Part shown: positions 9,077 to 17,237 of the stretch, piece by piece | Layout of the letters: every line of letters begins with the position of its first letter | Position numbering within the stretch: the stretch's first letter is position 1 | From: an uncultured Bacilli bacterium | Lineage (GTDB): Bacteria > Bacillota_I > Bacilli_A > RF39 > UBA660 | Direction: 5' to 3' | NCBI GenBank assembly: GCA_934177995.1 | Contig: CAKPPW010000002.1 | Span: forward strand, 16,425 to 80,424 | Length of the DNA: 64,000 nt | Notes under the pieces: generated by a model | Databases searched by the model: none | Told to the model about the DNA's origin: nothing | Seen by the model: only the letters and a program-made list of their open reading frames with translations | Program-made: the position numbers and the translations under genes

Positions 9077-9379
9077 ATGACTAAAGAAGAAAAAAATGCA
9101 GTAAAAGAAGTAGAAGTAGTTTTGGGAGTAAAAATTGGAAAGTATCTTGAAAAAAAGCAAGATATACCTTATGAAGTAATGGAAGAAGTTGTAAAAAAGA
9201 TTTTGGAAATTGAAGCAGATTACAATAAAACGAAAAAAGAACTTTTATTTTGTAATTCTTCAGCAGTAAAATTAGAAAGACTATTAGAAATAATTGGTAC
9301 TGTGAGTACAATTTCAGTTGAAGATGAAGAATCCTTAGATAAAACTTTAGATGCTTTAGATAGAATATTAAATTCATAA
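9077..9379 (+). CDS. Hypothetical small acidic helical protein
   Basis: ORF track 9059..9379; ATG 9077 follows GGAAAGGAAAAA and abuts the stop of the upstream ORF. Confidence 0.5.
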   Translation: MTKEEKNAVKEVEVVLGVKIGKYLEKKQDIPYEVMEEVVKKILEIEADYNKTKKELLFCNSSAVKLERLLEIIGTVSTISVEDEESLDKTLDALDRILNS

Positions 9380-9398
9380 AATACTGAAATGTGTACGA

Positions 9399-9425
9399 AC
9401 TGTATAGATATTCTATACAGTTTTG
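9399..9425 (+). terminator. Rho-independent terminator
   Basis: ACTGTATAGA-TAT-TCTATACAGT followed by TTTT. Confidence 0.8.
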
Positions 9426-9452
9426 TTTATAAAAAAAAATAAAAATAAATTA

Positions 9453-9511
9453 TTGACTTTTATTAAATAAAAGGTTATTATTTTAGTATAAAGAGTTTAC
9501 TATCGTGAACT
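9453..9511 (+). promoter_or_regulatory. Sigma-A promoter followed by 18-nt operator copy 1
   Basis: TTGACT 9453-9458, 17-nt spacer, TATTAT 9476-9481; AGTTTACTATCGTGAACT at 9494-9511, just downstream of the predicted start site. Confidence 0.6.
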
Positions 9512-9536
9512 GCTTTAAATTTGTTGGAGGTGGTAG

Positions 9537-9566
9537 ATGTTATTGTGTTTTGAAAAGTCATTATAA
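9537..9566 (+). CDS. 9-codon mini-ORF (MLLCFEKSL) with strong SD; possible leader peptide
   Basis: SD GGAGGTGG 9526-9533, ATG 9537, TAA 9564-9566. Confidence 0.25.
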   Translation: MLLCFEKSL

Positions 9567-9612
9567 ACTTTTCGCATTTAAATGTAGTAATATATTTTAT
9601 TTTTAATCAAAT

Positions 9613-9630
9613 AGTTTACTATCGTGAACT
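9613..9630 (+). promoter_or_regulatory. 18-nt operator copy 2 (AGTTTACTATCGTGAACT)
   Basis: Identical to copies at 9494, 44399 and 52152; preceded by T-rich context TTTTATTTTTAATCAAAT; internal TACTAT could act as a -10. Confidence 0.55.
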
Positions 9631-9647
9631 AAAAGAGAGGTGATTAA

Positions 9648-9830
9648 ATAAACTACAAAGAGAAGGAAAGGTATAAAATATATAATACCTTATCTGATAA
9701 CCATGGATATTTTCTAACTATCATTAAAGTAATAAATAACAAAGTTTATTATTTATTTGATGGGGATGATGAAATAAAATTCTTTGAAGTTGGTAGTCAA
9801 TTTGAATTCGATTTAATAAGGATAATTTAA
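9648..9830 (+). CDS. Hypothetical 60-aa protein, apparent ATA start
   Basis: Open frame from 9648 (preceded by in-frame TAA) to TAA 9828-9830, with no ATG/GTG/TTG in frame. SD GAGAGGTGA at 9635-9643. Translation INYKEKERYKIYNTLSDNHGYFLTIIKVINNKVYYLFDGDDEIKFFEVGSQFEFDLIRII looks protein-like. Confidence 0.35.
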   Translation: MNYKEKERYKIYNTLSDNHGYFLTIIKVINNKVYYLFDGDDEIKFFEVGSQFEFDLIRII

Positions 9831-9852
9831 AAGATTCGAGAGGGGAAACAAA

Positions 9853-10116
9853 ATGAAGTTTTCAAGTGAAAATAGTAAAATCCCTGATTGGATATTGCAT
9901 CATTTAAGAAAATATGGCAATTGTTGTTGTGGCAGAGATATAGTCAAGAAAATCGGTAGAGAAAAAATTATAGAAGTTTTGAAACAAGAAGGGTATCCAT
10001 GTATTCTTAAAATAATATATGAAAATAAATATAGATATAAGCGAAGAGTAAAATACCCATTAGATGCTTATTATATTTTGGAGATAGAATGTTTGGTAAA
10101 AAGTTATTATATATGA
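9853..10116 (+). CDS. Hypothetical 87-aa protein, translationally coupled to the MazF-like toxin (candidate antitoxin)
   Basis: SD GAGAGGGGAAAC; stop overlaps the toxin start in ATGA (10113-10116); contains a CCC cluster; no MazE/AbrB-like motif recognised. Confidence 0.55.
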   Translation: MKFSSENSKIPDWILHHLRKYGNCCCGRDIVKKIGREKIIEVLKQEGYPCILKIIYENKYRYKRRVKYPLDAYYILEIECLVKSYYI

Positions 10117-10436
10117 AAAACTTTAAAAAAGGAGATATATTTTTAGCTGAATTAAATGATTCCTACAATCATGTTCAAAACGGAATAAGACCTTGTTTAA
10201 TTGTTCAAAACAATCAGGGTAATACTTTTTCGCCAACACTAATTGTTGTACCGTTAACAACAAAAATTAAAAAGACTAATATGCCTGTACATGTTGTGAT
10301 AACTCCATATCAAATGGTTTTGTGTGAATGTATTTTAACTATTTCAAAGAAGCAAATAATTTCTTACATTAAAACATTGGATGAAAAAACTATGAAAAAA
10401 GTAGATGAAGCTTTATCCGTATCATTAGAGATTTAA
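10113..10436 (+). CDS. PemK/MazF-family type II toxin (endoribonuclease)
   Basis: ORF track 10089..10436; ATG 10113 in ATGA overlap; KKGDIFLAELN...VQNGIRPCLIVQNNQGN...TLIVVPLTTKIKK...PVHVVI fits the MazF/PemK consensus. Confidence 0.8.
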   Translation: MKNFKKGDIFLAELNDSYNHVQNGIRPCLIVQNNQGNTFSPTLIVVPLTTKIKKTNMPVHVVITPYQMVLCECILTISKKQIISYIKTLDEKTMKKVDEALSVSLEI

Positions 10437-10485
10437 AAAGGGAGGAAAAAACATTAAAACAAAGGTAAAGCAGTTTTATGAAGAC

Positions 10486-11043
10486 TTGTTTAGTAGTAGT
10501 TCAGGGAAGTATTGGTGTAATGAAGGTAATAATAAAAGAATGCGTAATTATCATAAGTTATCATTTATTTTAAAAGTAATAGAAAATGTTTTACTATTAT
10601 CATTTATTCTATATTGTTTATGTTTATCTACAAATACTATATTTTATCTATTTGATAGATTAAAGTATTGCAGCGAGGGAATAGCTTTGATGAACATAGA
10701 TACTTTTAAAAAGTTTGTCTATGATACTTATATTATAACTTTTATTATGTCGTTGTTTGTAGTTCTATATGTTAGTAGAAAAAGGAAATACTCTTTAAAA
10801 AAGATTGTTTTAATAATGATTAAAGGATTATTATTTTTACCAATCAGCTCACTATTAACTTATAATTTTGTGATGTTAGGCAGTTTAATGAGAAGTTTCT
10901 ATTTAGCAGTAATTATTGCAGTATTAGTATTTGCTATTGATTTTTTAATAAAAAGAATTGATAGTTTATATGATTTGGCAGTAGGTAGTACAGATGTTAA
11001 TAAGAATAGAAAAGGAGAAAGCAAAGTATGCAAGAAAAAGTAA
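10486..11043 (+). CDS. Multi-pass membrane protein, hypothetical
   Basis: About 4 hydrophobic helices. Start uncertain: the frame is open from 10429 and a strong SD GGGAGGAAA (10439-10447) sits 5-6 nt before an in-frame ATT at 10453; TTG 10486 and ATG 10540 are alternatives. Confidence 0.55.
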   Translation: MFSSSSGKYWCNEGNNKRMRNYHKLSFILKVIENVLLLSFILYCLCLSTNTIFYLFDRLKYCSEGIALMNIDTFKKFVYDTYIITFIMSLFVVLYVSRKRKYSLKKIVLIMIKGLLFLPISSLLTYNFVMLGSLMRSFYLAVIIAVLVFAIDFLIKRIDSLYDLAVGSTDVNKNRKGESKVCKKK

Positions 11044-11285
11044 ATATGAAAGGTAATGTTAAGTGGTTTAGTAGTGAGAAAGGATATGGATTTCTCTCAT
11101 GTAGTGAAATAGAAAATGATATATATGTACATTTTTCAGATATACAAATGAAAGGATTTAAAACTTTGGATGAGAATGATTCAGTAATTTTTGATTATGA
11201 CGAAGAAAAGCAAAAAGCAGTAAATGTTCGCAAAATAACTGAAGAAGAATCCAATGCAGAAGAAGATAATACGGATTCTGAATAA
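11028..11285 (+). CDS. Cold-shock domain protein (CspA family) with acidic C-terminal tail
   Basis: SD AAAGGAGAAAG; RNP motifs KGYGFL and VHFSDI; acidic tail EEESNAEEDNTDSE. Confidence 0.8.
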   Translation: MQEKVNMKGNVKWFSSEKGYGFLSCSEIENDIYVHFSDIQMKGFKTLDENDSVIFDYDEEKQKAVNVRKITEEESNAEEDNTDSE

Positions 11286-11746
11286 TGATTAATATTTTTG
11301 ATAAAGAAATTATATCAAAAATAGATATGGATAAAACAGTTATAAAAGGAAAGAAAATTTGTGAATTATATCAACCTTTAGTTGAAAAAAGGTTAAGACA
11401 ACTAAATACTAAAGCTTTTAATTCAGCAAGTATAGTTGTATTCTCTGGAGCTTCCACGGGTTCAACTTCATCTGATAGATTGTTAAAAAGTTTATCTTGG
11501 AATGAGGATCAGATAGCAAATTATATAAGAAGCATTTTTAGAATTCAAAACGAAGACAGAACAATTAGAGAGTTTTTGAGAATGAAATGTTTATATGGCT
11601 ATACGGATAGAGAAATTTCTGATAAACTTGAAATATCAGAAAGAACACTTAGAAGATATAAAAACAGAGCATATTTCTATTTAGCTGTTTATTCAAATCA
11701 AGTGGAATTTATTTATGAAAGGACTTATCATTTCTACTGGGATTAA
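11285..11746 (+). CDS. ArpU-like phage-type transcriptional regulator (sigma-70 region-4-like HTH)
   Basis: C-terminal LRMKCLYGYTDREISDKLEISERTLRRYKNRAYFYLA is a region-4-type HTH; length and layout fit the ArpU family; TAATG overlap with csp. Confidence 0.5.
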   Translation: MINIFDKEIISKIDMDKTVIKGKKICELYQPLVEKRLRQLNTKAFNSASIVVFSGASTGSTSSDRLLKSLSWNEDQIANYIRSIFRIQNEDRTIREFLRMKCLYGYTDREISDKLEISERTLRRYKNRAYFYLAVYSNQVEFIYERTYHFYWD

Positions 11747-11760
11747 ATAGAATTAAATAT

Positions 11761-11780
11761 TGTGGTAATTCATTACCACA
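11761..11780 (+). other. Perfect 8-bp inverted repeat between the ArpU-like and CAP genes
   Basis: TGTGGTAA-TTCA-TTACCACA; no T-run, so a processing site, pause site or operator rather than a clear terminator. Confidence 0.4.
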
Positions 11781-11808
11781 AGGACATAGAAGTTTGGAGG
11801 AGCAAATT

Positions 11809-12834
11809 ATGAAGCGTAGCTTAAAGATAGTAATACCTATTATAATACTAATTATATTTTTAGTAGGATTATTTATTGTATATAAAAATACATATAAAAT
11901 AGAATTAAAAAAAGAAGAATTTATTTATGAATTAGGAGAAAAAATTAGTTCTGATGTATCTAATTATTTAAAAGATGCTGATGCTAATAAAAATATAAAA
12001 GATTATAAACTATCTTCAGAATCATTAAAGAAGGATAATGATTTATTTATCATGGATGAATTAGAGTTAGTTCCAGTAGGTGAGTATATAATAACTATTG
12101 ATTACAAAAAGAAGAGTGTTGATTTTGTAATTAAAGTAAAAGATACTATTGCACCAGAATTTTCTTCATTTAAAGATACCATAGAAATTGAAGAAACAGA
12201 AGATAAACTGGATTTAACTACTTATTTTAAAGCAGAAGACTTAACAAAAGTAAAACTTCTAATAGAAGGAGAATATGATCTTAAAAAAGTTGGAGAATAT
12301 AAATTAAAAGTTGTAGCTGAAGATGAAAACGATAATATAACTTCAAAAGATTTTATATTAAAAATAAAAAAGAAAATAGAAGAGCGACCAAAAGCACCTG
12401 AAAAGAAACAAACTACAAATAATTCAAAATCGCCAACACCCCCATCAAATAAACCATCTAACAATATATCTAATAACAATACTTCTGGTTCTCCTAAATA
12501 TCGTAGAGATATTTCTAATTCCTTTGCCAACCAGATAAATATATATAGGGAAGAAAATGGTTTATCTGAGTTGCCAATTACTTCTGAAGCTCAATCAGAA
12601 GCTGATAGAAGGTCTAAAGAAATATCAATTAACTATTCTCATGATGGAGCAGGATATGGATTTGGTGAGAATATTGGTTATGGTGGAATAGGATCAGATT
12701 TTATTGCTGCATGGAAAAACAGTCCATCTCATAATGCAACAATGCTTAGAGAACAGAATGTTGCAATGGCAGTAAGTGTATATGAAGCAAACGGAATGTG
12801 GTATGCTGTAACTTCTTTTAGGATGAATTATTAA
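11809..12834 (+). CDS. Membrane-anchored Ig-like (DUF5011-type) + CAP/SCP/PR1-like domain protein
   Basis: ORF track 11794..12834; ATG 11809 after GGAGGAG; TM; KDTIAPEF...GEYKLKVVAEDENDNITSKDFILKI Ig-like module; low-complexity linker; CAP motifs YREENGL...SHDG...AAWKNSPSHNATML. Confidence 0.7.
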   Translation: MKRSLKIVIPIIILIIFLVGLFIVYKNTYKIELKKEEFIYELGEKISSDVSNYLKDADANKNIKDYKLSSESLKKDNDLFIMDELELVPVGEYIITIDYKKKSVDFVIKVKDTIAPEFSSFKDTIEIEETEDKLDLTTYFKAEDLTKVKLLIEGEYDLKKVGEYKLKVVAEDENDNITSKDFILKIKKKIEERPKAPEKKQTTNNSKSPTPPSNKPSNNISNNNTSGSPKYRRDISNSFANQINIYREENGLSELPITSEAQSEADRRSKEISINYSHDGAGYGFGENIGYGGIGSDFIAAWKNSPSHNATMLREQNVAMAVSVYEANGMWYAVTSFRMNY

Positions 12835-12963
12835 CAAATTTATTTATTATTTAATTTTAATAGTAATCTAATAATTCATCAAAAGAATAGTATCTATCTT
12901 TTAATATTTCTAACATTTTATTTGATTATTTAATTGGAAGAGTATACATTAGGACAATAAAAT

Positions 12964-12992
12964 AACACGATTAACTAACACCGTGTTTTTTT
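12964..12992 (+). terminator. Terminator at the convergent junction
   Basis: AACACG-12 nt-CGTGTT followed by TTTTTT. Confidence 0.55.
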
Positions 12993-13007
12993 ATAAGTTA
13001 AATATTA

Positions 13008-14078
13008 TTAATTTGTATATAATTTACTTAATATTTTTGTATTTTTAATTTTATAGATCAGGTACAAAGTAATAAATAATATTAATATACATATTGCAAT
13101 AGATATAAAATAACTATAGTATATAAAGAAAATTAGATTAACTCCCCATATTAAATTAGCCAATTTAAATAAAATGATAGTTACTATATTATCTATTATA
13201 AAAATGGTATAAGTAAGATAAGTAACAGCTAAAAATACATTCCAAATTATTGACAGATTTGTATAACCAGATAATTTTAGTATAATTATTATTAATATTT
13301 TATCATTAATTAAATCATTTATAAATATGAATAAATTGATTATGAAAAGAAAAATAATTATAAAAATAAATGGTGTTATTATAGATAACAGGCTATTATA
13401 TTCCTTTAACTCAGTTTGATAACTATTATCAAAAAGAGTAGCATTGATATTATGGCTTTTAAATATATTTATTAAATCATCAACTTGTTTTTGTTCGCTT
13501 ACTTTTATTAGAAATTCATTTTCACTATTTTGAATGGTTCTAATTATATTATCTGAAATATAAATTTTATTTTGAAGATTAGAATCTCTCTCTTTATAAA
13601 AGCCAACAATTTTACAAGTTATTTTCTTTTCTTCTATTGATAGAACAATATTAGAATTTAAAATTTCTTTACTTAAATTTTTATATAAAGATTCAGGTAT
13701 AATAATTTCATTATTCTTGTTATTAAATTCTTTTCCATTTTGTATACTGATTTCCTCAGTTGGCAAAATCGGAGTGAGCATTATACTTCCTAATTTTTCG
13801 TTATATATGTTAATGCTTCCTATATAATAGTAAACTTTTTTTATGCCCTTATTTTTTAATATCTCATAAAATTGATCTTCATTTTCTTTGGTACTAAATG
13901 ATGTATAAACTATTCTATTTTCAACTCGATTTTGGAGTTTAGGAATCAAATTCTTTGATATTTGAGCATAGGATTGAATAATTACTATTATAGATAAGAA
14001 CAAACCTGATAATATAATATATGAAATAATTTGTCTTTTACTTAATTTTATGAATTCTTTTAATAATAGTGAATTCAT
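13008..14078 (-). CDS. FtsX/MacB-type ABC permease (second of two)
   Basis: N-terminal TM, about 190-aa extracytoplasmic domain, C-terminal 3-TM bundle; its start ATG directly follows the stop codon of the upstream permease. Confidence 0.7.
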   Translation of the reverse strand: MNSLLLKEFIKLSKRQIISYIILSGLFLSIIVIIQSYAQISKNLIPKLQNRVENRIVYTSFSTKENEDQFYEILKNKGIKKVYYYIGSINIYNEKLGSIMLTPILPTEEISIQNGKEFNNKNNEIIIPESLYKNLSKEILNSNIVLSIEEKKITCKIVGFYKERDSNLQNKIYISDNIIRTIQNSENEFLIKVSEQKQVDDLINIFKSHNINATLFDNSYQTELKEYNSLLSIITPFIFIIIFLFIINLFIFINDLINDKILIIIILKLSGYTNLSIIWNVFLAVTYLTYTIFIIDNIVTIILFKLANLIWGVNLIFFIYYSYFISIAICILILFITLYLIYKIKNTKILSKLYTN

Positions 14079-15296
14079 TTAATTTTTTAGTTCTTCCATA
14101 ATATTATTTTTTTTAAGCTTATTATTAAATATCAGTGATAACAAGACATTTATGATAATGCAGAATGAAATTCCTAGTATTATATTTAATTTTGAAATTG
14201 TTAATTTTAATCCATATAGCATTTCTTCGTTATTCAAATAACAGTTTTGAAAAACAAAAATTAAGAAGAGAGTTATAATTAGTGTTAGAAACAAAGTTAC
14301 TAATATACATAAAAATGATTCAAGGAATTGTAATTTTATAATATCTACTCGATTATACCCAAGTGTTTTTAATATTGCGTATTTTTTATTTCGCTTATAT
14401 TGATTTTTTATTGATATTAAGATGATAACTATGATTGAAATAATCCCCACTAGTAAACCTATCGTTGTAATTAAATTCAAAATTTTATTCCCGATTGTGG
14501 TATCAATTTTTACAACGGGATCTCCATTTGTATAAAAATGATTTTTTTCAAACCTTTTTAAAGTTTCATGAATATCATCTGTGCTTTTAAGTCTAACTAC
14601 TAGAGGATAAATTATTCCTTCTTCTTCTTTAAATGCTTCTGGCTGATAATACAAATTTAAATTTGTTACAATATCTGAATTTGTATAACAAAAATTTTCT
14701 TTTCCTTGTCTCATAGAGGAATCATAAGTTCCAATTAATCTAAAATTTTCTGTTTTAGTATCATCATCAATAAATTTTAAAGAAAATTGCTTTCCTAAAA
14801 GATTATTTAAATTTATTTCTTTTTTTTCTATTTTGTTTTCTTTTTTATATTCATAGAATATATTTTCAGGACATACCATAACTTTATCACTGGAATTATA
14901 ATTATCAATATTTTCCCCATTAGATATTGATATAGTATCTTTTGGTACTCCAAAAAGAAATAAATTGATTTCAGTATCATGATTAAGTCCCTCAAACATT
15001 CTCATATTTATTATGTAGGAAGTATAAGGAGATATAGATTCAATCGTATTGTATGATTGCAATTCTGCTAATGCTTCTTTTTCTGTTTTCTCATCAGGAT
15101 CATAATATACAAAAAATGTACGATAATCCACCATCTTTTTAACGCTTTGATTCCAATAGTTATTTAAACTGTTGGAAAAAACTAAGCAAAATATTGTGAT
15201 TGAAACAGCTATAGAAATAAAAATAATATTAAAATAATTTGCTTTATTTTTGTAAAATTCTTTAATCTCTATTTTTAACATATCAATTAATTTCAT
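14079..15296 (-). CDS. FtsX/MacB-type ABC permease (first of two)
   Basis: Same 1 + ECD + 3 TM topology; ...AILKTLGYNRVDII... within the FtsX-like C-terminal region; overlaps the ATPase gene end. Confidence 0.7.
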   Translation of the reverse strand: MKLIDMLKIEIKEFYKNKANYFNIIFISIAVSITIFCLVFSNSLNNYWNQSVKKMVDYRTFFVYYDPDEKTEKEALAELQSYNTIESISPYTSYIINMRMFEGLNHDTEINLFLFGVPKDTISISNGENIDNYNSSDKVMVCPENIFYEYKKENKIEKKEINLNNLLGKQFSLKFIDDDTKTENFRLIGTYDSSMRQGKENFCYTNSDIVTNLNLYYQPEAFKEEEGIIYPLVVRLKSTDDIHETLKRFEKNHFYTNGDPVVKIDTTIGNKILNLITTIGLLVGIISIIVIILISIKNQYKRNKKYAILKTLGYNRVDIIKLQFLESFLCILVTLFLTLIITLFLIFVFQNCYLNNEEMLYGLKLTISKLNIILGISFCIIINVLLSLIFNNKLKKNNIMEELKN

Positions 15297-15963
15297 CTAT
15301 AATCTCCGTCCTTCCATTTTTTAGGTAAATAATTTCATCAGCATAATCTTTAATGATGTCATCATGACAAATAACGATCACACATTTATCTTGATTTGAG
15401 AGTTTTTTTAATATACTTAAAATTTTAATTGTGTTTTCTTTATCTAAAGAAGCTGTGGGCTCGTCAGCTAATATAATCTCTGGATTATTGCATAGTGCAC
15501 GAGCAATTGCAACTCTTTGTTGTTCTCCACCCGAAAGTTGATTTGGGTAATGCTTATTCCTGTTTTCTATTCCTAATGAATTCAATAAGTTATTGACTCT
15601 TTCAACTTTTTCTTTTTTTGTTAAATTTCTATTAGTATAAAGTGGTAAAATTACATTTTCTGTGACATTCATTGTTGGAATCAAATTAAAAGATTGAAAT
15701 ATATATGCTAATTTCGTTTTTCTAAGATTAGCTATATTTTTTTCTGATAATTTTGATGTATTATGTCCGTCTATTTTTAATGTTCCGCTTGTTGGTTCTA
15801 TAAGAAGCCCAATTATTTGCATTAATGTAGATTTTCCACTTCCAGATTCACCCATAATTCCATACAATTTTCCTTCTTCAAACTTAATATTAATATCATC
15901 TAAAGCGTTTATGCATTTATTTTTAAATGAATATTTTTTTTGTACATTAATTAACTCTATCAC
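15283..15963 (-). CDS. ABC transporter ATP-binding protein (MacB/LolD-like)
   Basis: Walker A GESGSGKST, signature LSGGEQQRVAIARAL, Walker B ILADEPT; GTG start. Confidence 0.9.
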   Translation of the reverse strand: MIELINVQKKYSFKNKCINALDDINIKFEEGKLYGIMGESGSGKSTLMQIIGLLIEPTSGTLKIDGHNTSKLSEKNIANLRKTKLAYIFQSFNLIPTMNVTENVILPLYTNRNLTKKEKVERVNNLLNSLGIENRNKHYPNQLSGGEQQRVAIARALCNNPEIILADEPTASLDKENTIKILSILKKLSNQDKCVIVICHDDIIKDYADEIIYLKNGRTEIIDEIN

Positions 15964-15985
15964 TATTTACCTTCTTTCTTTTTAC

Positions 15986-16399
15986 TTAGTTTTGAGTCAT
16001 AATTACACTATTTGATTTAATTCCACAAAATTGTCTTCCACCTGTATAATTTGTAGAGAAACCATATGCATATCGTCCATTTTTAAATTTTCCCATATTA
16101 GCTCTAACGCATCGGTATAATTCTGTACTCATCATTTTACCAGATACTTGAGTGGTTGGACTGTAGTGTAATGTAACCCATAAAAGTTTTTCTCTATTAG
16201 ATGTGCAATCTGTATGAGCGTCCATAGAAATATCTATGATAAAATTTTTTGTGTCAAACCATCTATAGGAACCGATATGATTTGAATTAGCTGGCATATT
16301 TAATGTTGATTTATATTCAGCAGCAGAAACTTTTGTTGCCCCAAAAAGAGATAAAACAGCTATTCCAAAAACAAATAACGGCATTAATAATTTTTTCAT
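15986..16399 (-). CDS. Small secreted Cys-containing protein, unknown function (first gene of the ABC operon)
   Basis: SD GGAGGTGAAAG (rc); signal peptide ...ATKVSA|AEY; 3 Cys in a mature protein of about 110 aa. Confidence 0.65.
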   Translation of the reverse strand: MKKLLMPLFVFGIAVLSLFGATKVSAAEYKSTLNMPANSNHIGSYRWFDTKNFIIDISMDAHTDCTSNREKLLWVTLHYSPTTQVSGKMMSTELYRCVRANMGKFKNGRYAYGFSTNYTGGRQFCGIKSNSVIMTQN

Positions 16400-16536
16400 T
16401 CTTTCACCTCCTACTATATTATATTTATCATTATGAAAAAAAAGTAATGTAAAAGCACGAATAAATGATAATTTTTATGATATAATAAAATAGATAAATT
16501 TATTTACTTAAATTATATGTGGAAGGTGACAATTTA

Positions 16537-17097
16537 ATGGTAAAAAAATATATATTAATTGTTTTTTTGTTTTTAATTTTATTTTTATCTGGGTGTAGTA
16601 AAAAAGAAACGGGCTATTCTTATCATCCTACATATATAGACTCTAATAATGGCCAGCGTTGGTTGAACTATGCAATTTTGTATGAAAATACTTATACGGG
16701 GGTTAAAGATGGCTCATTAAGCATTTTAAAACAAGGAGAACAAACTGAGGAATATCAATTGTTTTTTTCAATAGATTCATTGTATTATAAAAAAGGAGAT
16801 ATTATATTGGGGACTTCAAATTATATATACATCTTTAATCAAGATCAAGAAAAAAATTTTAGAATTATAGGATTTAAATTATCTTCTGAAAAAGAAACAC
16901 CTGTAATAATAGATAATAAAAAAATAAAATCTATTGTTAATGTCCATGGTGCTAACAAAGAAAATATATATGTAAGTTATTTTGATGATAAGAATGAAAG
17001 ATATCTTAAAATAAGTGCAGATTTAAGTAAAATATATGAATTAGATAGTTTAGAAAGTGTAGAAGAACAAATGGAATATACTATTTTAAAAAAATAA
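16537..17097 (+). CDS. Lipoprotein, hypothetical
   Basis: ORF track 16519..17097; ATG 16537 after GGAAGGTGA; lipobox LFLSG|C; promoter TGATATAAT upstream. Confidence 0.7.
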   Translation: MVKKYILIVFLFLILFLSGCSKKETGYSYHPTYIDSNNGQRWLNYAILYENTYTGVKDGSLSILKQGEQTEEYQLFFSIDSLYYKKGDIILGTSNYIYIFNQDQEKNFRIIGFKLSSEKETPVIIDNKKIKSIVNVHGANKENIYVSYFDDKNERYLKISADLSKIYELDSLESVEEQMEYTILKK

Positions 17098-17153
17098 TCA
17101 AAAATAGTTAAATATTTATGCTATAATGTATTTGTATAATATAGTGAGGAAAG

Positions 17154-17181
17154 GGTGATTAATAACAGGTGATTAATAACA
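17154..17181 (+). repeat. Perfect tandem duplication of 14 bp (GGTGATTAATAACA x2) in a 5' UTR
   Basis: 17154-17167 and 17168-17181 are identical; they lie between the TGCTATAAT/TGTATAAT promoter boxes and the SD of 17238. Confidence 0.8.
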
Positions 17182-17237
17182 ATAGTTTATTTTAATTTAT
17201 TTATGTATTCGGATGTAGAAATGGAGGAATGTTAATT

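Noticed and set aside
6030-12834. The int-rep-regulator-MazF segment as a separate small island (PICI- or IME-like) inserted next to an independent conjugative element
   Set aside because: The identical 18-nt operator occurs both here (9494, 9613) and at the T4SS and leading-region operons (44399, 52152). No second integrase or internal att-like repeat was seen, so a single element is more parsimonious.
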